32,000 bases of DNA, from NCBI RefSeq assembly GCF_000012905.2, contig NC_007493.2, positions 120,001 through 152,000 of the forward strand. Reading direction: 5' to 3'. The translations under genes were made by a program, and so were the position numbers. The notes under the pieces are model-generated. The model searched no databases, was not told the DNA's origin, and worked only from the letters and a program-made list of their open reading frames with translations. Below, one piece after another: positions 8,367-17,885 of the stretch; position 1 is the first letter of the stretch, and every line of letters begins with the position of its first letter. The DNA is from Cereibacter sphaeroides 2.4.1. Its GTDB lineage: Bacteria > Pseudomonadota > Alphaproteobacteria > Rhodobacterales > Rhodobacteraceae.

Positions 8367-9374
8367 CTACCACTGCAGGCTCTCGGCCTCGCGGTTGGGC
8401 AGCACCGCCAGGAACCGCAGCGGCATGGCGGGCACGAGCCCCGGGTCCAGCGCCGCGAGCTTCCAGGTGAGCGAGAGCGTCGGCACCCGGCCCTGCAGGA
8501 GCGCGCGCAGGAAGAGGTAGCTGTAGGCGCGGCGATAGCGGCGGATGCGGTCGGCCACCGTCCGGCGGTCGGACGCCGTCAGCGAGAGCCGCCGGCCGAC
8601 CGTGTGGAAGAACATCAGCATGTAGCCGGTGCGGTCCACCACCTTGGTGGATTTCCAGTCGAACGCGTCGAAATAGACGTTCACGCCCCGGCCGCAGAGC
8701 ACGTTCATCTTCCAGGACACGACGGTGCGCGCCCCGGCCGCGATCAGCGACAGCCAGAAGAGCTGGTCCTCGCCGGCGTTCCGCAGCCGCGGGTCGAAGC
8801 GCAGCGTCTCGACGAAGCTCTGCCGCACCACGACCGTCGAGGTCTGGCTGAGGTAGGTATCGACCGACGCCGCCATGATCGAGGGCTGGTCGAAGGCCAG
8901 GATCGGCGCCTCGGCATCGAGCACGGTGACGCCCGCGTGCCGCTCCTCGCGCATCCGGCGCAGGGCGGGGGTGCGCTCGAAATAGGTGATGTCGTCGTCG
9001 GTGCGCTGGTGGTCGCAGAAATGGAAGTCGTAGCCGCGCGCGAGCAGATCGAGCGCATCCGCGAGATGGGTGGGCTGCCAGATGTCGTCGGAATCGAGGA
9101 AGGCCACATGGTCGAAGCCCTCTGCCGCCACGGCATCGAGCCCCGCGTTCCGCGCGGCGCCGGGGCCGCCGTTCTTCTGGGCGATCAGCCGCACGGGAAC
9201 CTTGCCCTGCCGCCCCTCGACCTCGGACCGGGCGGACACGGGGGACTCGTCGTCGATGACGAAGACGGTGAGGCTATGGCCTTCGGGAAGGATCTGCCCA
9301 TCGACCGAGTCGAGCGCGCGAGAGAGGATCCCCGCCTCCCGCTGATAGAAGGGGATGATGACTGCGGTTCTCAT
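8367..9374 (-). CDS. Family 2 glycosyltransferase
   Basis: The GT2 N-terminus MRTAVIIPFYQRE, VFVIDDESP and a DSDD (DxD) motif are present. I chose the internal ATG at 9374 (AGGAC upstream) over the track start at 9437. Confidence 0.85.
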   Translation of the reverse strand: MRTAVIIPFYQREAGILSRALDSVDGQILPEGHSLTVFVIDDESPVSARSEVEGRQGKVPVRLIAQKNGGPGAARNAGLDAVAAEGFDHVAFLDSDDIWQPTHLADALDLLARGYDFHFCDHQRTDDDITYFERTPALRRMREERHAGVTVLDAEAPILAFDQPSIMAASVDTYLSQTSTVVVRQSFVETLRFDPRLRNAGEDQLFWLSLIAAGARTVVSWKMNVLCGRGVNVYFDAFDWKSTKVVDRTGYMLMFFHTVGRRLSLTASDRRTVADRIRRYRRAYSYLFLRALLQGRVPTLSLTWKLAALDPGLVPAMPLRFLAVLPNREAESLQW

Positions 9375-9715
9375 GCTGAAAAGTCCTGAAGCAAATGTCT
9401 CTGTCAATGAATCTCGGGGCCGCGGCGGGGGCGCCACAGCCGCCCAGCGTCCGAACAGCCGTAACGGCCATGTTATCCAGAGAGCCGGGGCCGAGACAAA
9501 CGCTTTTCCGCCTCGCCCATGCGCCGGGCCGAGGCTCCGCCCAGAAGGATGGCGCGCTCCGGGTCAGGGCCCCGACCGATACCACTGTGCGCCTGCCGGG
9601 CGCTCGCCGGATGAGCCGCCCGGCCTGCCATCCCGCCCGGCGCCACACCGAGGCTTTTAAAGACGACCGTGACGGGCAAAGAGGCCGGGAGTGCAGCATC
9701 GCGGTTAGTCGCTGT

Positions 9716-10810
9716 TCAGTAGCCGGTCATCTCGAGATAGCCCCGCCCGGTATGGCTGCCCCGGATCGCGATGGGGCCTTCCCAGTAGGGCACGGAGGTG
9801 TCCATCCAGGCGCGGTCGTTCATGGCCTCCACCGTCACATCGAGCCCCTTCTCGGGCAGTGCCACCCGCCATTCCACCGGGATCTTCCGCACCGTCACCT
9901 CGGCCGCGCGCCCCGGCGTCACTTGGAGGGCGCCGGGCGGCATCGGTTCGGGCCGGCCTTCGGGCGAGATCCAGGTGGCGCTGGTGTAGCCCTCTCCGCC
10001 GTCGCGGAGGCGGAAGCCCATCAGCCGGGCCCCGTCGTCGAACATGAGCGAGAACCAGTCCCAGCCGGTCTGGTCCTCGGCGAGCGGCTGCGAGGACCAT
10101 TCCCGGTCGAGCCAGGCCTTGCCGGTGACCGCGATGCTCTTGCCCTCCACCTCGATCCGGCCCTCGACCCGGTAGAAGGGCTGGGAATAGTACCAGCTCG
10201 CCTGCCCCGCCGCCGACTTCACCGAATAGCCCTGCTCGCCCTGCGCGACGAGCGGACCCTCGGCCTTGAGCCGCAGATCGTAGGAAAAGCCGGATCCCGA
10301 GGCGGCGAGCGAGAGCGCCGACAGCGCATCCGCGCCGGGGGAGGCGGTGCCGGTCATGTGCCAGTCGTCGATCCAGGCCTCGAAGGGCTCGGCCGTCACG
10401 CCCGCCTGCCCGATCCCGCCGCGCCCGTAGCGCTCGGCCACGAAATGCCGGTCGGGCGTGGTCAGGGCCGCATGGCCGAGCCAGAGCTGCGGGCTCTCCC
10501 AGCCCGCCCCCTCGTGCGGGGCCAGCGCCGAGCGGAACAGCGTCCACTGGATGCCGTAGTCGCGCCCGTCCTCGCCGGTCAGGACCGAGGTCAGATACCA
10601 CCATTCGATGCGGTACTCGGGATGGGGCCCGTGATCGCGCGGAAAGACGAGCGGCCGGCCCCGCTGCGGCGTGGCGAAGCCCTCGGCCGTGGCGCCGAGG
10701 CCGGCGAAGCCCTGTGCCCCTGCGGGCGCGGTGTGGCCGAGCGTCACGAGAAGGATCGCCGCCGCGATGCGAAGGGCGAAGCGGAAGGGGGAAAGCCTCT
10801 CAGCGTTCAT
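9716..10810 (-). CDS. Secreted AttH-like / CrtC-domain lipocalin-like protein
   Basis: A signal peptide (LRIAAAILLVTLGHTAPAGAQG) is followed by DHGPHPEYRIEWWYLTSVL, typical of the AttH/hydroxyneurosporene-synthase-like family. The ATG at 10810 has GAGGG 9 nt upstream; the alternative TTG is at 10816. It overlaps the permease 3' end. Confidence 0.8.
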   Translation of the reverse strand: MNAERLSPFRFALRIAAAILLVTLGHTAPAGAQGFAGLGATAEGFATPQRGRPLVFPRDHGPHPEYRIEWWYLTSVLTGEDGRDYGIQWTLFRSALAPHEGAGWESPQLWLGHAALTTPDRHFVAERYGRGGIGQAGVTAEPFEAWIDDWHMTGTASPGADALSALSLAASGSGFSYDLRLKAEGPLVAQGEQGYSVKSAAGQASWYYSQPFYRVEGRIEVEGKSIAVTGKAWLDREWSSQPLAEDQTGWDWFSLMFDDGARLMGFRLRDGGEGYTSATWISPEGRPEPMPPGALQVTPGRAAEVTVRKIPVEWRVALPEKGLDVTVEAMNDRAWMDTSVPYWEGPIAIRGSHTGRGYLEMTGY

Positions 10811-13187
10811 TGGCAAAGACCCTCAGGAGGTCGGCCGGCCGCAGCCGGGCCAGGCGCCGCACCGGCACGGCGGCGGCGAGCGCCGCGGCCACGAGGGCCA
10901 GCGTGCCGAGCGTGAGCCAGTCGAGCGGGAAGACATGCATGGGCAGGCGCCAGCCGAAGGCCTGCACATTGACCACCGCCAGCAGCACCCAGGCGAGGGC
11001 CAGCCCGAGCGGCAGGGCCGCGGCCATCGTGCCTGCCGCCAGAAGGAGCGTGCGGAGCATCTCGAGCCGCGCGAGCCGCGCCTTGGTCAGCCCCATGGCC
11101 CAGACGGGGGCCAGCTGCGGCAGCCGCATCCCCGACAGGACCATGAGGCTTGCGAACATGGCAAGCCCCGCCACCCCCAGCGTCAGCACATTGAGCGCGG
11201 CCGTCACGGCGAAGGTGCGCTCGAACACCTGCAGCGAGAAGCCCTTGAGGCTCGCCTGATCGATCAGCCCCTCGTCGCCCAGATCGAAGGCCGTGCGCAT
11301 CTCCTCGGCCAGCGCGGCCGCGCGGTCGGGGGCCACGCGGATGCCGTAGCGCCGCCGCTCGGCCTCGGGGTGCAGCGCGAAGAAACGGTCGAGGCCCAGG
11401 ATCACCTGCGCCGAAGGGTTGCCGTAATCGCTGTAGACGGCCGCGATCCGCCCCTGCCAGCCCGGCAGGCGGATCGGATCGCCCGGCTCCAGCCCCTCGC
11501 GGCGGGCGAGCTGTTCGTTGACGAGCGCCCAGTCGCCGCCCGCGAGCAGGTCCCACACGCCCGGCACCTCGGCCAGCAGCGGCCAGTTCTCGCGGTAGGT
11601 CGGATGGTCCGCCATGCCGTAAAGCTGCGCGGGCTGGCCCAGCACCTCGGTCTCGGCCCGCACGATGGGCAGCACCGCCTCGGCCCGCGGCTCGAGCCAG
11701 CGCACGACCCGGTCCGCGGTGTCCCGATCGGGGGCGCTGAGATAGAGCTCGAAGGCGAGGCGCTGGTCGAGCCATCCGGTGAAGGTCAGCCGGAAGCTCG
11801 AGACCATGGTGCCAACGCCGATATTGGCCGCAAGCGCAAGGAGGAGCGCCATCAGCGCGAGCGAGAGGCCGGGCAGCTGCTGGCGCGTGTCGGCCCAGAA
11901 CCACTGCGCGATGGGCCCGCGTGCGAGCCCCTGCGCCCCCCGCAGGAGGGCCGCGAGCAGCACGGGCAACAGGAGCGCTGCGCCCAGAAGCAGCGCCGCG
12001 AGCAGCACGAAGGCCGCGACGATCCCCCGGCCCCAGAGCAGGAGGACGCCCGCGAGGATCAGGAGGCCCACCGCCGCCATCGCCTGCCGCCAGAGCGCCC
12101 GCTCGGAGGCCACGGCCCAGGCGCGGGGCTGGGCGGGGGCCAGTAGCGGCAGATGGGCCACGCGCCAGAGGCTCTGGGCCGAGGAGACGAGGGTGCCCAG
12201 AAGCGCGATCCCGAGCCCGGCCGCGGCCCATCCCGGGCGGAAGGCGAGCGTGCCCGGCACCTCGGCGCCGTAGAGGCCGCGCAGGGTCGCCGCCACATCG
12301 GGCAGCAGCAGCGCCGCCACCAGATAGCCGAGCAGGAGGCCGGCCGCGCCCGCGAGTAGCGCGAAGAGCAGGAGTTCCGCGAAGAGAAGTCCGATCAACG
12401 TCCGTGCCGTGACGCCAAGCGCGCGGAGGGTTCGAAACATCGGGCGGCGCTGCTCGAAGGCGAGCCCGATGGCGGAATGGACTATGAAGAGGCCCACGGC
12501 AAAGGAGAGAAGCCCGAAGGCGGTGAGGTTCAGGTGAAAACTGTCGGTGAGCCGCGCCACGTCGCTCTCGCTGTCGGGCGGGATGAGGCGTAGCCCATCG
12601 GGCAGGGGCCCCGGCTGCGGCGCCGCGGGATCGAGGAGGAGATGCGAGATCCGCCCCTCCATGCCCAGAAGCCTCTGCGCCTGCCCGATATCCATGAGCC
12701 CGGTGCCGGGGGGCAGCCCTTCGGCCGCGCGCATCGGCGGCAGCTCCGCGCCCTGCATCCGCGCCAGCGTCTCGGGGTCGGCGAAGATCAGCCCCGGCGC
12801 GGTCAGGAAGGGCAGCAGCGCGTCGCCCTCGCCGAACTCGACCTGCCGGGCCGGGGCGGGCAGGGTCAGCGGGTCGATCCCGATCAGGCGCAGGCTCCGC
12901 CGCTCGTCGATGCGCAGCCGCCCTTCGACCACCGGCGAGACGCGCCAGCCTGCCCGGCGCAGGGCGACGTAGGTCTCCTGCGGCACAGGCCCCTCGGCCG
13001 CGATCCGGCTCAGCCGATCCTGCCCGAGCGTCGCCGCGGCTTGGGCATAGCTCGCCCGTGCCTCGGCATTGATCGCCTGCACCCCCGACCAGAGCGCCGT
13101 GGCGAGCGCGAGCCCCAGAAGCAGCATCGCAAGCTGCAGCGGGCTCCGCCGCCAGTGCGAGAGCAGCGCCGCCAGCGCGGTGCTCAT
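10800..13187 (-). CDS. ABC transporter permease with duplicated FtsX-type domains
   Basis: It is large and polytopic, with two FtsX-like hydrophobic blocks separated by soluble domains. The ATG at 13187 (MSTALAALLSHWRR) forms an ATGA overlap with the ATPase stop. The track start at 13487 adds an Arg/Pro-rich shadow extension. Confidence 0.85.
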   Translation of the reverse strand: MSTALAALLSHWRRSPLQLAMLLLGLALATALWSGVQAINAEARASYAQAAATLGQDRLSRIAAEGPVPQETYVALRRAGWRVSPVVEGRLRIDERRSLRLIGIDPLTLPAPARQVEFGEGDALLPFLTAPGLIFADPETLARMQGAELPPMRAAEGLPPGTGLMDIGQAQRLLGMEGRISHLLLDPAAPQPGPLPDGLRLIPPDSESDVARLTDSFHLNLTAFGLLSFAVGLFIVHSAIGLAFEQRRPMFRTLRALGVTARTLIGLLFAELLLFALLAGAAGLLLGYLVAALLLPDVAATLRGLYGAEVPGTLAFRPGWAAAGLGIALLGTLVSSAQSLWRVAHLPLLAPAQPRAWAVASERALWRQAMAAVGLLILAGVLLLWGRGIVAAFVLLAALLLGAALLLPVLLAALLRGAQGLARGPIAQWFWADTRQQLPGLSLALMALLLALAANIGVGTMVSSFRLTFTGWLDQRLAFELYLSAPDRDTADRVVRWLEPRAEAVLPIVRAETEVLGQPAQLYGMADHPTYRENWPLLAEVPGVWDLLAGGDWALVNEQLARREGLEPGDPIRLPGWQGRIAAVYSDYGNPSAQVILGLDRFFALHPEAERRRYGIRVAPDRAAALAEEMRTAFDLGDEGLIDQASLKGFSLQVFERTFAVTAALNVLTLGVAGLAMFASLMVLSGMRLPQLAPVWAMGLTKARLARLEMLRTLLLAAGTMAAALPLGLALAWVLLAVVNVQAFGWRLPMHVFPLDWLTLGTLALVAAALAAAVPVRRLARLRPADLLRVFANER

Positions 13188-13864
13188 GCGACCCGCCCCG
13201 CCGAGAGCTGCACCCGGCCCTGAAGCCGCCCCGCGAGGCGGGCCGAATGGGTGACCATCAGAAGCCCGGCGCCCGTCTGGCTCACGAGGCGCAGGAAAAG
13301 CGCCATGACGGCATCGCCCGTGGCCTCGTCGAGGTTGCCGGTGGGCTCGTCGGCCAGCACGAGGCGGGGGCGGGCGGCAAGCGTCCGGCCGATGGCCACC
13401 CGCTGCTGCTGGCCGCCCGAGAGCTGCTCGGGATAGCGGTGCAGGCAGGCGGCAAGCCCCAGCGTCTCGGCCAGCTCGGCCTGCCATTGGGGATCGTGCC
13501 GACCGGCGAGGCGGGACTGAAAGGCAAGATTGGCCGCCACGTCGAGCGAGGGGATCAGGTTGAACTGCTGGAAGACGAGCCCGACCGTGCCCCGCCGCAG
13601 ACGCGCGCGCTCGGCATCGCCGGCCTGCGAGATATCATGGCCCGCCACGACGATCCGGCCCGCGTCCGCCGCATCGAGCCCGGCCGCCAGATGCAGGAGC
13701 GTGCTCTTGCCGCTGCCCGACTCTCCCGTCAGCGCGAGGCTCTCGCCCGCGGCGAGCGTCAGGTCCACCCCGGCCAGAACCTGCACCGGCCCCTCGCCGG
13801 TCGCGTAGCTTTTGGTCACGCCCTCGAGCGAGAGCAGCTTGTCCGAAGGATCCTTCACCCGCAC
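13184..13864 (-). CDS. ABC transporter ATP-binding protein (LolD/MacB-like)
   Basis: Walker A GESGSGKST, signature LSGGQQQRV and Walker B LVLADEPT are present. The GTG at 13864 lies 8 nt after GGAAGGAAGG. The maximal ORF extends to 13915. Confidence 0.85.
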   Translation of the reverse strand: MRVKDPSDKLLSLEGVTKSYATGEGPVQVLAGVDLTLAAGESLALTGESGSGKSTLLHLAAGLDAADAGRIVVAGHDISQAGDAERARLRRGTVGLVFQQFNLIPSLDVAANLAFQSRLAGRHDPQWQAELAETLGLAACLHRYPEQLSGGQQQRVAIGRTLAARPRLVLADEPTGNLDEATGDAVMALFLRLVSQTGAGLLMVTHSARLAGRLQGRVQLSAGRVA

Positions 13865-14149
13865 CGTCCACACCTTCCTTCCGGCAGCCCCCGCCGGCTG
13901 GCCCAGAGGTAGCACGGCGGATCCGGGACGCCAGAGCCCGCGCTCTCACGAGATGGTGGCGCAGGCACCGCCGGCGCCCGAAGAGGATGGCGCTGCCGGC
14001 GGCCGCTCCCGGAGTGTGTGCGGGAGCTGGAAAATGCGAGGAAGAACCCCTCGGCCAAGGCCGGTCCTCGGGGGCGCAGGCCCCGGCACGCCCGGAGGTC
14101 GGGGGCCAGGGTGTCGCCCGAGGCGGTCCTCCCGCGGACGCTGCGGCCG

Positions 14150-15208
14150 TCAGATCCGCACGAGGTGGTTGTCCCAGGCGGCCGCGGTGCGCTCGAGCGG
14201 ACGGAAGCCCTCGGGCGTGAGGCGGGTGATCGCGCCACCGCCATCGGTCACGAGGAAGCCGCCCGGCAGCGGCGCCACACCGCAGGCATCGGGCCGCGCC
14301 AGCGTGGCCAGCGGCGCGCCGTCCTCGGCATGGAGCTGGACGACCCCGCCCCGCGGCGAGGTGAGCGCGATCATCCCCTCCGAGCGGGCGATGGAGCCCG
14401 CATAGCCGCGCATGGCGAAGAGATCCTCCTCGCGCGGGGGGCAGAGCCGCAACGCCTCGCCGCGGCGGTGCAGGCCCAGCAGCGGCACCGGCTCGGCCGG
14501 ATCGCCCTCCCACTGCATCGCGAAGGCGACCGTTCCGTCCTCGGCCAGCGCAAGGTGGCGGATCGAGTTCTGCCGCAGCTCCTCGGGCAGTTCGGCCTGT
14601 TCCAGAAGCGCGCCCTCGGGCGAGAGGTAGGAGAGGTTCGGGCGCATCGTCTCGACATTGAGCTTGCTGCGGTCCTGCGGATCGGTCCGGATGCCGCCGT
14701 TGGCCACCACCAGATTGTCCGAGCCCGGCATCCGGCGCAGCTCGTGCGGGCCGATGCCGCCCGAGGGAAACTCGTCCACGCGGTGCCATGCCGCGGTATC
14801 CCAGATGCCCACCACGCCCTCGGAGGTCTCGGCCACCACCTCCGAAGTGTAGAGCAGGGACCCGTCCGCGGAATAGGCGCCGTGGCCGTTGAACTGCCGC
14901 CCGTCGGGCGGCGTCAGGCGGGCGCGCAGCGTGCCGCTCGCGCAGCCGATCACCAGCGCATAGGTGCCGGGGCGGCGGGCGAAGGCCACCGCCTCGGCCC
15001 GAGTCGGATGGGCGGCGGCAGCATGGCCCCGCGCGGGCAACGGGATCGCGAAGAGCATCGCGCCCGCCTCGGTCAGGCCGTGCAGCGCGAAGTCGCCCGA
15101 GGGCATCCGCGCGGCGGCGAGGAAGGCGGGGCTGCCCGCGTCGGCCCAGCCGAGGCGCGGCAGGGCCGAGGCGACGAGGCCGGCGAGGATGTGGCGTCGC
15201 GTGGCCAT
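14150..15208 (-). CDS. DUF1513 family periplasmic protein (Tat signal)
   Basis: There is a twin-arginine N-terminus (MATRRHILAGL), and ARGH, FARRPG, GIGPHE and VVANGGIRT match the DUF1513 pattern. Confidence 0.8.
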   Translation of the reverse strand: MATRRHILAGLVASALPRLGWADAGSPAFLAAARMPSGDFALHGLTEAGAMLFAIPLPARGHAAAAHPTRAEAVAFARRPGTYALVIGCASGTLRARLTPPDGRQFNGHGAYSADGSLLYTSEVVAETSEGVVGIWDTAAWHRVDEFPSGGIGPHELRRMPGSDNLVVANGGIRTDPQDRSKLNVETMRPNLSYLSPEGALLEQAELPEELRQNSIRHLALAEDGTVAFAMQWEGDPAEPVPLLGLHRRGEALRLCPPREEDLFAMRGYAGSIARSEGMIALTSPRGGVVQLHAEDGAPLATLARPDACGVAPLPGGFLVTDGGGAITRLTPEGFRPLERTAAAWDNHLVRI

Positions 15209-15209
15209 C

Positions 15210-16199
15210 TCAGTCTCCGTCCGCGGCGTTGAAGCCCACGCTCACGCCCAGGGCGCCGCCGACCTCGGCCGAGAGCACATCGCGGAGCGCATGCAGCCGC
15301 TGCTGCAGGATCTCCACCCGGAGCCGTCCCGAAGGGTCCGCCACAGCGTCGAAGCGCGGATCGTCGAGACGGGCTGCCCGCGACCGCGCCTGATCGAAAC
15401 CCTCGCGGCTGCGCGGGCTGTCGGGGGCCAGCGCCAGCGCCAGCCGTTCGAGGGCGGCGAGCGACAGTTCGACATTGCGCAGGCTGCGGCCCGAGAGCCG
15501 CGCCTCGGCCCGCTCGGGCCGGGGTCGGTCGAAGCTGCCGAGCGGGCGGCCGAGCCGCTGGTCGGCGGTGAATTCGAGCCCCGCCATGAGCTGGGTGAAC
15601 AGCGCCTGCCGCGCCTCGGCCTCGGTCAGGAAACGGTCGTTGCCGTCTCTGCCCGCCGTCAGCACGAGCGGTGCAAAGGTCTCGCGCCAGTCCGTCTCGA
15701 GATCGGCGGCCATGCGGGCCAGATCCGCCGCCGTCGCGCGGGTGAGCGCACAGGCATAGTCGCCGGCGAAGGCCGGATCGTAGAGCAGCCGCTCGAGCGC
15801 GAAGAGGCCGCGGGCCGCCACCGAGACCTCGGCGAACCGCTCGGGCGCGAGGAGGTCCGGGTCGGCCGCCTCGAGGAGGCGTGCCTGCGTGCGGGCGCCG
15901 CTGCCCTTCGGATCGGGCCAGAAGGCGATGGCGAGGGCGCGCCCGTCGGTCTCGGACGGCCCGATGCGCAGATGCGAGACAGCCATCCAGGCGTCGAAGG
16001 CCGCGTTCCAGGGCGCCTTCAGCGCCTCGGCGCTGCAGTCGGCGCGGGCGGCCGTGTCGAGGGCTGCGGTGGCGGCGGTGAAGCCCTCATAGCCGGGTAG
16101 GATGGTCTCGTTCACCGCCTCGGGCACGCCCGCGCGGAGCGGCACGGCGGCCAGAAGGGCGAGCAGGCCCCAGAGGGGGGCGGAGAGGGCGGGACGCAT
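15210..16199 (-). CDS. Imelysin-like periplasmic protein (second copy)
   Basis: It has a signal peptide (MRPALSAPLWGLLALLAAVPLRAG). Length and position match the imelysin paralogue of imelysin/DUF1111/imelysin/DUF1513 clusters. Its start overlaps the DUF1111 stop (TGATG). Confidence 0.7.
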   Translation of the reverse strand: MRPALSAPLWGLLALLAAVPLRAGVPEAVNETILPGYEGFTAATAALDTAARADCSAEALKAPWNAAFDAWMAVSHLRIGPSETDGRALAIAFWPDPKGSGARTQARLLEAADPDLLAPERFAEVSVAARGLFALERLLYDPAFAGDYACALTRATAADLARMAADLETDWRETFAPLVLTAGRDGNDRFLTEAEARQALFTQLMAGLEFTADQRLGRPLGSFDRPRPERAEARLSGRSLRNVELSLAALERLALALAPDSPRSREGFDQARSRAARLDDPRFDAVADPSGRLRVEILQQRLHALRDVLSAEVGGALGVSVGFNAADGD

Positions 16200-17707
16200 C
16201 AGAGATCCTCCACGAAGGCAACAAGGGCGGCACGATCCGGGGCGGGCAGGGCCATGACGCGGGCCCTGGCGGCCTCGGCCTCGCCGCCGTGCCAGAGCAC
16301 CGCCTCGAGGATGGAGCGGGCGCGGCCGTCATGCAGGAAGTTGGCATGTCCGCTCACCTGCTCGGTGAGCCCGATCCCCCAAAGGGGCGCGGTACGCCAT
16401 TCGCGCCCGGTGGCGCGGCCCTCGGGACGCCCGTCGGCCAGCCCCTCGCCCATGTCGTGCAGCAGAAGGTCGGTGTAGGGCCAGATCAGCTGGAAGCTCT
16501 GCTCGGGCTGGTCCTTCAGCCGATGGGTCACGAATTTCGGCACATGGCAGGCGGGGCAGCCCGCCTCGTGGAACAGCTGCTTGCCGCGCAGCACCTGCGG
16601 ATGCTCGACCCGCCGCCGCTCGGGCACGGCGAGGTTGCGGGCATAGAAGGCGGTCAGCGCGAGGCCCGTGCGGTCGATCTCGAGATTGTCGCGCTTGCCG
16701 GGCTCGATCCCGTGGGGTGCTGCACGGCAGGCGGCCTGCGCCTCGGTGCATTCCCCCCATGGCTCGGGGAAGAGTGCGTTCGCGATGCCCATGTCGCCCG
16801 AGAAGGCCGCGGCCGATTGCTGGAGAACGGTGGGTGCGCCTGCCTTGAGCCCGAAGCGGCCCAGCATCGGCGCATCGGCTTCGGCCGACCAGACGAAGCT
16901 CGGCCGGCCCGAGATGCCGTCGCCGTCCCGGTCGTCCGGATCGGCATGGGTGAGGATGTCGGCGGCGGGGATCGCCTCGAGAAGCCCAAGACCGATCATC
17001 TGCGGCGTGACGCGGGGCGAGAGCATCACACCGGCCGCCAACGGCCCGTAGCCCGGATCCTCGATAGAGTAGGAGGGTTTGCGCAGCGTCACCACGGTAC
17101 CGTCGCCGAGCGTGACCGGCACCTCCTGCCAGTCGATCCGCATCCGGCCCTCGGGCGCGAGGCCGGGGGCGGCGAAGTCCTGAAGCTGGCCGCCGTAGGT
17201 GGGCTCGGCGCTGGTGGCGATCCACTCCTCGATCCCCTCGGGCGTGGGCCCGCCCGGCACCGAGAGCCGCAGGAACATCGAGACCGCATCGTCCCCGGGG
17301 CCCTCCGGCACATGGCCGCGCCCGTCCTTCAGGTGGCAGTTCTGGCAACCGCGCGCATTGTAGAGCGGCCCGAGCCCGTCGGACGCCTGCGTCGAGGAGG
17401 GCGAGGCCACCCAGAGCTTGCGGAAGAGCCCGTTGCCGAGCTTGAAATCCATCTCGCGCTCGAAGGGCATGTTGCCCGAGGAGAGCGAGAAGGCATCCGC
17501 CGTGTCGCGCGCGCGCACGCTCGCGGCCCCGCCGGGCATCGCCTCGAAGGCCTCCGGTGCCGAGAAGTCGGTGGGCGGTGCGAGGACGCCCGCGATCCGC
17601 GCCGCCTCGGCCGCCGTCCGCGGCACGACGGTCAGGTTCGGCGGATCGAGCGGCTCGGCTGCGACGGGAAAGGCCAGGAAACTGAGCAGAACGGGCAAAC
17701 GGGACAT
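16199..17707 (-). CDS. DUF1111 di-haem cytochrome c-type protein (often annotated thiol oxidoreductase / peroxidase-like)
   Basis: Two CxxCH motifs (CQNCH, CPACH) and a signal peptide (MSRLPVLLSFLAFPVAA) are present. The ATG at 17707 is preferred over the track start at 17839. Confidence 0.85.
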   Translation of the reverse strand: MSRLPVLLSFLAFPVAAEPLDPPNLTVVPRTAAEAARIAGVLAPPTDFSAPEAFEAMPGGAASVRARDTADAFSLSSGNMPFEREMDFKLGNGLFRKLWVASPSSTQASDGLGPLYNARGCQNCHLKDGRGHVPEGPGDDAVSMFLRLSVPGGPTPEGIEEWIATSAEPTYGGQLQDFAAPGLAPEGRMRIDWQEVPVTLGDGTVVTLRKPSYSIEDPGYGPLAAGVMLSPRVTPQMIGLGLLEAIPAADILTHADPDDRDGDGISGRPSFVWSAEADAPMLGRFGLKAGAPTVLQQSAAAFSGDMGIANALFPEPWGECTEAQAACRAAPHGIEPGKRDNLEIDRTGLALTAFYARNLAVPERRRVEHPQVLRGKQLFHEAGCPACHVPKFVTHRLKDQPEQSFQLIWPYTDLLLHDMGEGLADGRPEGRATGREWRTAPLWGIGLTEQVSGHANFLHDGRARSILEAVLWHGGEAEAARARVMALPAPDRAALVAFVEDL

Positions 17708-17762
17708 GGAGTGGAATCCTTTCCCCGCCTGTCTCGCGCCATTCCCCGAGTCTTTCAATCGG

Positions 17763-17810
17763 AAAAAGAGGCCTCGCTCGCGCCCGGGAGGCTCGCCGGA
17801 GAGGGAGGCC
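17763..17810 (-). terminator. Rho-independent terminator candidate downstream of bfr
   Basis: On the minus strand, a long GC hairpin (GGCCTCCCTC...GAGCGAGGCC, one mismatch) is followed by TCTTTTTCC. Confidence 0.55.
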
Positions 17811-17885
17811 GGCATGCCGGCCGCAAACGGTCGGCACACCGCGCGCAGCCGACCCCGGGGGCCGGCGGCAAAGCCGCGCCGGGCG

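Noticed and set aside
10671-13223. Plus-strand and alternative-frame ORFs across the ABC permease (10671-12146, 10807-12231, 11921-12412, 12642-13223)
   Set aside because: These are shadow ORFs. Only the 10800-13187 minus frame gives a hydrophobic, FtsX-like polytopic protein coupled to the ATPase.
13188-13487. N-terminal extensions of track ORFs (for example 13188-13487, 17708-17839, 19966-20022, 22058-22207, 23315-23554, 25680-25778, 26249-26422, 9375-9437, 6088-6246)
   Set aside because: The extensions are low-complexity and cross intergenic repeats or promoters. They lack SD sequences, whereas the internal starts have SD motifs, signal peptides or stop-start overlaps with the upstream gene.
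13635-15232. ORFs 13635-14789 (-) and 14018-15232 (+)
   Set aside because: They are Arg/Gly-rich nonsense translations overlapping the DUF1513 gene and the promoter region, with no start-site support.
17708-17762. A second IscR, Fur or Irr (ICE) box upstream of DUF1111, and likewise upstream of the ABC operon (13865-14149)
   Set aside because: I found no GACTR-WWW-YAGTC, TTTAGAA-N3-TTCTAAA or Fur-like AT-rich palindrome by eye. A matrix scan would be needed to exclude weak sites.
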